Of a DNA stretch of 55,332 nucleotides, positions 52,173 to 55,332 are shown piece by piece. The notes beneath the pieces were generated by a model, which did not search any database, had not been told where the DNA came from, and saw nothing but the letters and a program-made list of their open reading frames with translations. Origin of the DNA: Octopus sinensis. Taxonomy: Eukaryota. The position numbers and the translations under genes were made by a program. Positions within the stretch are counted from its first letter, which is position 1, and each line of letters starts with the position of its first letter. Where the stretch lies: assembly GCF_006345805.1 (NCBI RefSeq), contig NW_021834523.1, positions 1 through 55,332 on the forward strand. The letters are read 5' to 3'.

Positions 52173-52325
52173 CATACATATATATACATAAAATATATAT
52201 ATATATATATATATGTTAATATATGTATATATTATATTATATGTGTGTATATTTATATATATATATGTGTGTGTGTGTGTGTATCGTCGTCGTAACCGAC
52301 GAAGTGCTCCTATATATATACACAC

Positions 52326-52364
<39 letters not shown>

Positions 52365-52527
52365 TATGTATATATATATATATATGTATATGTATATGGT
52401 ATGTATATATATAAATGTAATATATATATAATGTTCAAATATCTATGCTCGTATATGAATATACGCATGCATTGTAAGTATACAAATACGTATGCATGTA
52501 GTCATATATTTATATATTTGCTGTATT

Positions 52528-53231
52528 TATATATGTTCTTATATGTATATTCATAGATATGCATATGCATATGCATATGTATATAAACACGCACATACAA
52601 ACATACACACATACATACACATACATACATACACAGACACATACATACATAGACATACATACATATATGCATACATACATACATACATACATACATACAT
52701 ACATACATACATACATACATACATACATACATACATACATACACACATACATACACACATACATACATATACATACATACATACATACATGTATACATAC
52801 ATACATAGAACTATTGTGGACGTGTAATATAAATATTAGTCCTCCATGGCTTCATGACCTACCGTCAGCTTCCGATCCCTCTGAAAGCGCCATTGTACAG
52901 CGTAGAACAGAGAAGGCCATTGACGGCGAAGATACAAATGAACATCATAGTTTTTTATTCAAGGCGATTATATAAACATTGAATTACATCCTTGAAATTT
53001 GTTGGGGAGTTTTCTGACGTATAACACCTCCAGATGTTGCATGATATTCAGATATATATAACTGTATACAGATACATTTTTGCGATTAGACATATCCATG
53101 CTCACCCATGTACACACACGTACATACATGCATATAAACGAATCTATTGTTTATGTATGTGATATATCTATATATAATATATGTATATAATTATATATAT
53201 ATATATCTATATATAATATATATACCCATTC

Positions 53232-53275
<44 letters not shown>

Positions 53276-53620
53276 AATGTATTACTTTCCAGTAAAGGAT
53301 AGCCCTATAAGGGTAAAATTATACATATAAGAACATATATTACATGTATATATATATATATATATTTATATTACACGTTCACAATAGTTCTATGTATGTA
53401 TGTATGTATGTATGTATGTATGTATGTATGTATGTATGCATGTATGCATGCATGTATGTATGTATGTGTATGTATGTGTGTGTATGTATGTATGTATGCA
53501 TGCATGTATGTATGTATGTATGTATGTATGTATGTATGTATGTATGTATATGCGTGTGCTTATATACATATGCATATGTATATGTATATCTATGAATAAA
53601 CATATAAGAACATATATATT
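52528..53620. repeat. Inverted duplication, ~300-bp arms (52528-52835 and 53362-53620), ~530-bp spacer
   Basis: Unique anchors catagaactattgtg(g/a)acgtgtaatataaa and tatatgttcttatatgt.tattcatagatat are present in both arms in opposite orientation around (CATA)n. Confidence 0.85.
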
Positions 53621-53661
53621 GGTGCCTTGTACCATTTATCTACTTTTATATATATATATAA

Positions 53662-54730
53662 TACGAGGATTGGTTGAAGGCGTCATAGACTGACTATGTA
53701 GGAGTGACGTTAGAGCCTGAAAATCTTGCATGCCTTAATTTCAGCTCTTATTAAAACCGGCATTGTTTCTTTCCAGATAAATTGACATCTGACTGTTAAA
53801 ACAAGACTTCATAAGTAACTACTGGCAACTTTTGAAATATGGACAAAATTTGGCGTCGTGCTGTTATCATGTACCTGCAAAAAAAAAGGGTTTAGCTCCC
53901 TATGACATCCATGCTGACATGATTGCTATATTAGAGAATGACTCTCCAGTTTTATCAACAGGGCAAAAGTGGGAAGCTGAATTTAGGAAGGGAATGGAGA
54001 GTCTAAAAAATGGGCTGAAGGTCTGGGCGGCCTGCAACTGCCACTACCGAGGAAAGCATTGACCGTGTTAAATATGCTGATGGACGACAGGTGATTGACT
54101 ATAAATCGAATAGCTAATGTTATTAGCATATCCTGTGAGAAAATTCAGAACATCCTGCACAATGAACTTGGCCTGGCAAAGCCTTCTGCTTAGTGGGTAC
54201 CACATCGTCTAACACCTGACCGAAAGCGCACAAGGCTGATCAAAACACGAGAAAAATCTAATATTGTTTGAGCAGAACCAATGGGTTTCTTTGAACGTTT
54301 CTCAACTCAGGATGACTAGGTCAAGATTATTTCATCTGCAGGATGCATAAGGTATTGAGTTTATTGATTATCTTCAAAAGGACCACACCATCAATGGAGA
54401 GTACTTGTTAAAGCAGTTCCAGGAGGCTATCAAGACCATACGCCTATGAAAAATGGCTAAAGGGATCTTGTTTCGGGAAGACAATCCTCCAGAAGAGAAG
54501 CCCTTGATTTTAATGGTCACTGTGCATAACTGTGCACAGTTAAAGTGATTGATAACCCTCCCTATTTTCCTGATTTACCCGGTCACATCTTACTATCATC
54601 TGTTACCTGACATAAAAGAACACTTGGCTGGGAAGCAATATCATAGTGATGTTAACATCATATCTGCTAGCGATTGTCTGTAGATCAATGTAAAAGAAAC
54701 AAAGCTTTCTCTATACTGTGATATACAGTG
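53662..54730 (+). mobile_element. Mariner relic, probably irritans-subfamily-like, internally deleted, no right TIR seen
   Basis: Starts TA-cgagg. ATG at 53839 gives MDKIWRRAVIMYLQKK; then RSGRPATATTEESIDRV, WVPHRLTP, IDYLQKDHTINGEY, GILFREDNPP and PPYFPDL, with stops and frameshifts. Confidence 0.92.
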
Positions 54731-54776
54731 GTGAAACACAAACACACACACACAAACACGAACAGTATAAAAATCG

Positions 54777-54840
<64 letters not shown>

Positions 54841-55048
54841 TATGAATGTATGCACGAGTATGATTTTTAAACAGTATTAAAGATTCACAAACTTGCTAAT
54901 ATAGCAGTTTTAGTGACGGTATTTATTTGTACTTCATCTAATGTACAAAAGTCAATGCTTGGCTTTAGATAGAAAAGGAACATATGTCTTATGTGAAACT
55001 AAAGTGATATCGGTATATCTCAGTAACTGCATAACGAACACATCTTAC

Positions 55049-55159
55049 GCTACAAAGATATTCAGCTCTGTCTAATTGGAGAGCGTTCGGTGAGTGAATA
55101 ACAGAGAAGCAATCAAGAACAACGCAGAAGCCGCTGAGAAAGAATTTAGATGGCTTTGA
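55049..55159 (-). CDS. Candidate 111-nt phase 0-0 exon, SKPSKFFLSGFCVVLDCFSVIHSPNALQLDRAEYLCS
   Basis: Acceptor cactgattacctgtttacag, donor AGC/gtaaga, open frame. No homologue recognised. Confidence 0.2.
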
Positions 55160-55259
55160 CTGTAAACAGGTAATCAGTGAGGTCATTAGAAAGCCGCTTC
55201 GTATAAGCCAAGGTTTGATCAAATTAAGTTGGTCATTGTTATTATTATTAATGCGACGA

Positions 55260-55332
55260 AAGGTGGCGAGCTGACAGAATCGCTAAGATACCGGACAAAA
55301 ATTTACTTAGCGATTAATCTGCACGTCTTTAC
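55260..55332 (+). mobile_element. SINE S1 head, running off the window
   Basis: ggtggcgagctgacagaatcgctaag. Confidence 0.7.

Overview
AT-rich, microsatellite-saturated eukaryotic genomic DNA that is intronic or intergenic. The SINE repertoire and repeat texture resemble an octopus (coleoid cephalopod) genome; this is inference from pattern recall, not a database hit. No host gene could be identified, and nearly all supplied ORFs are simple-repeat or SINE artefacts. Supported content: three decayed Penelope-like elements (PLE; RT thumb plus GIY-YIG), two Dong/R4-type LINE fragments in (TAA)n arrays, one RTE-type LINE 3' fragment, two mariner relics, about 30 tRNA-derived SINE copies in three families, and a 930-bp modular foldback element. 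The most interesting signal is a set of short non-coding elements inserted in (TA)n that carry type I hammerhead-ribozyme motifs with palindromic stem III. One copy (32004-32073) has an intact CUGAAGA/GAAA core and its own antisense arm. The window also holds an unusual number of long inverted repeats. A few candidate exons are listed at low confidence.
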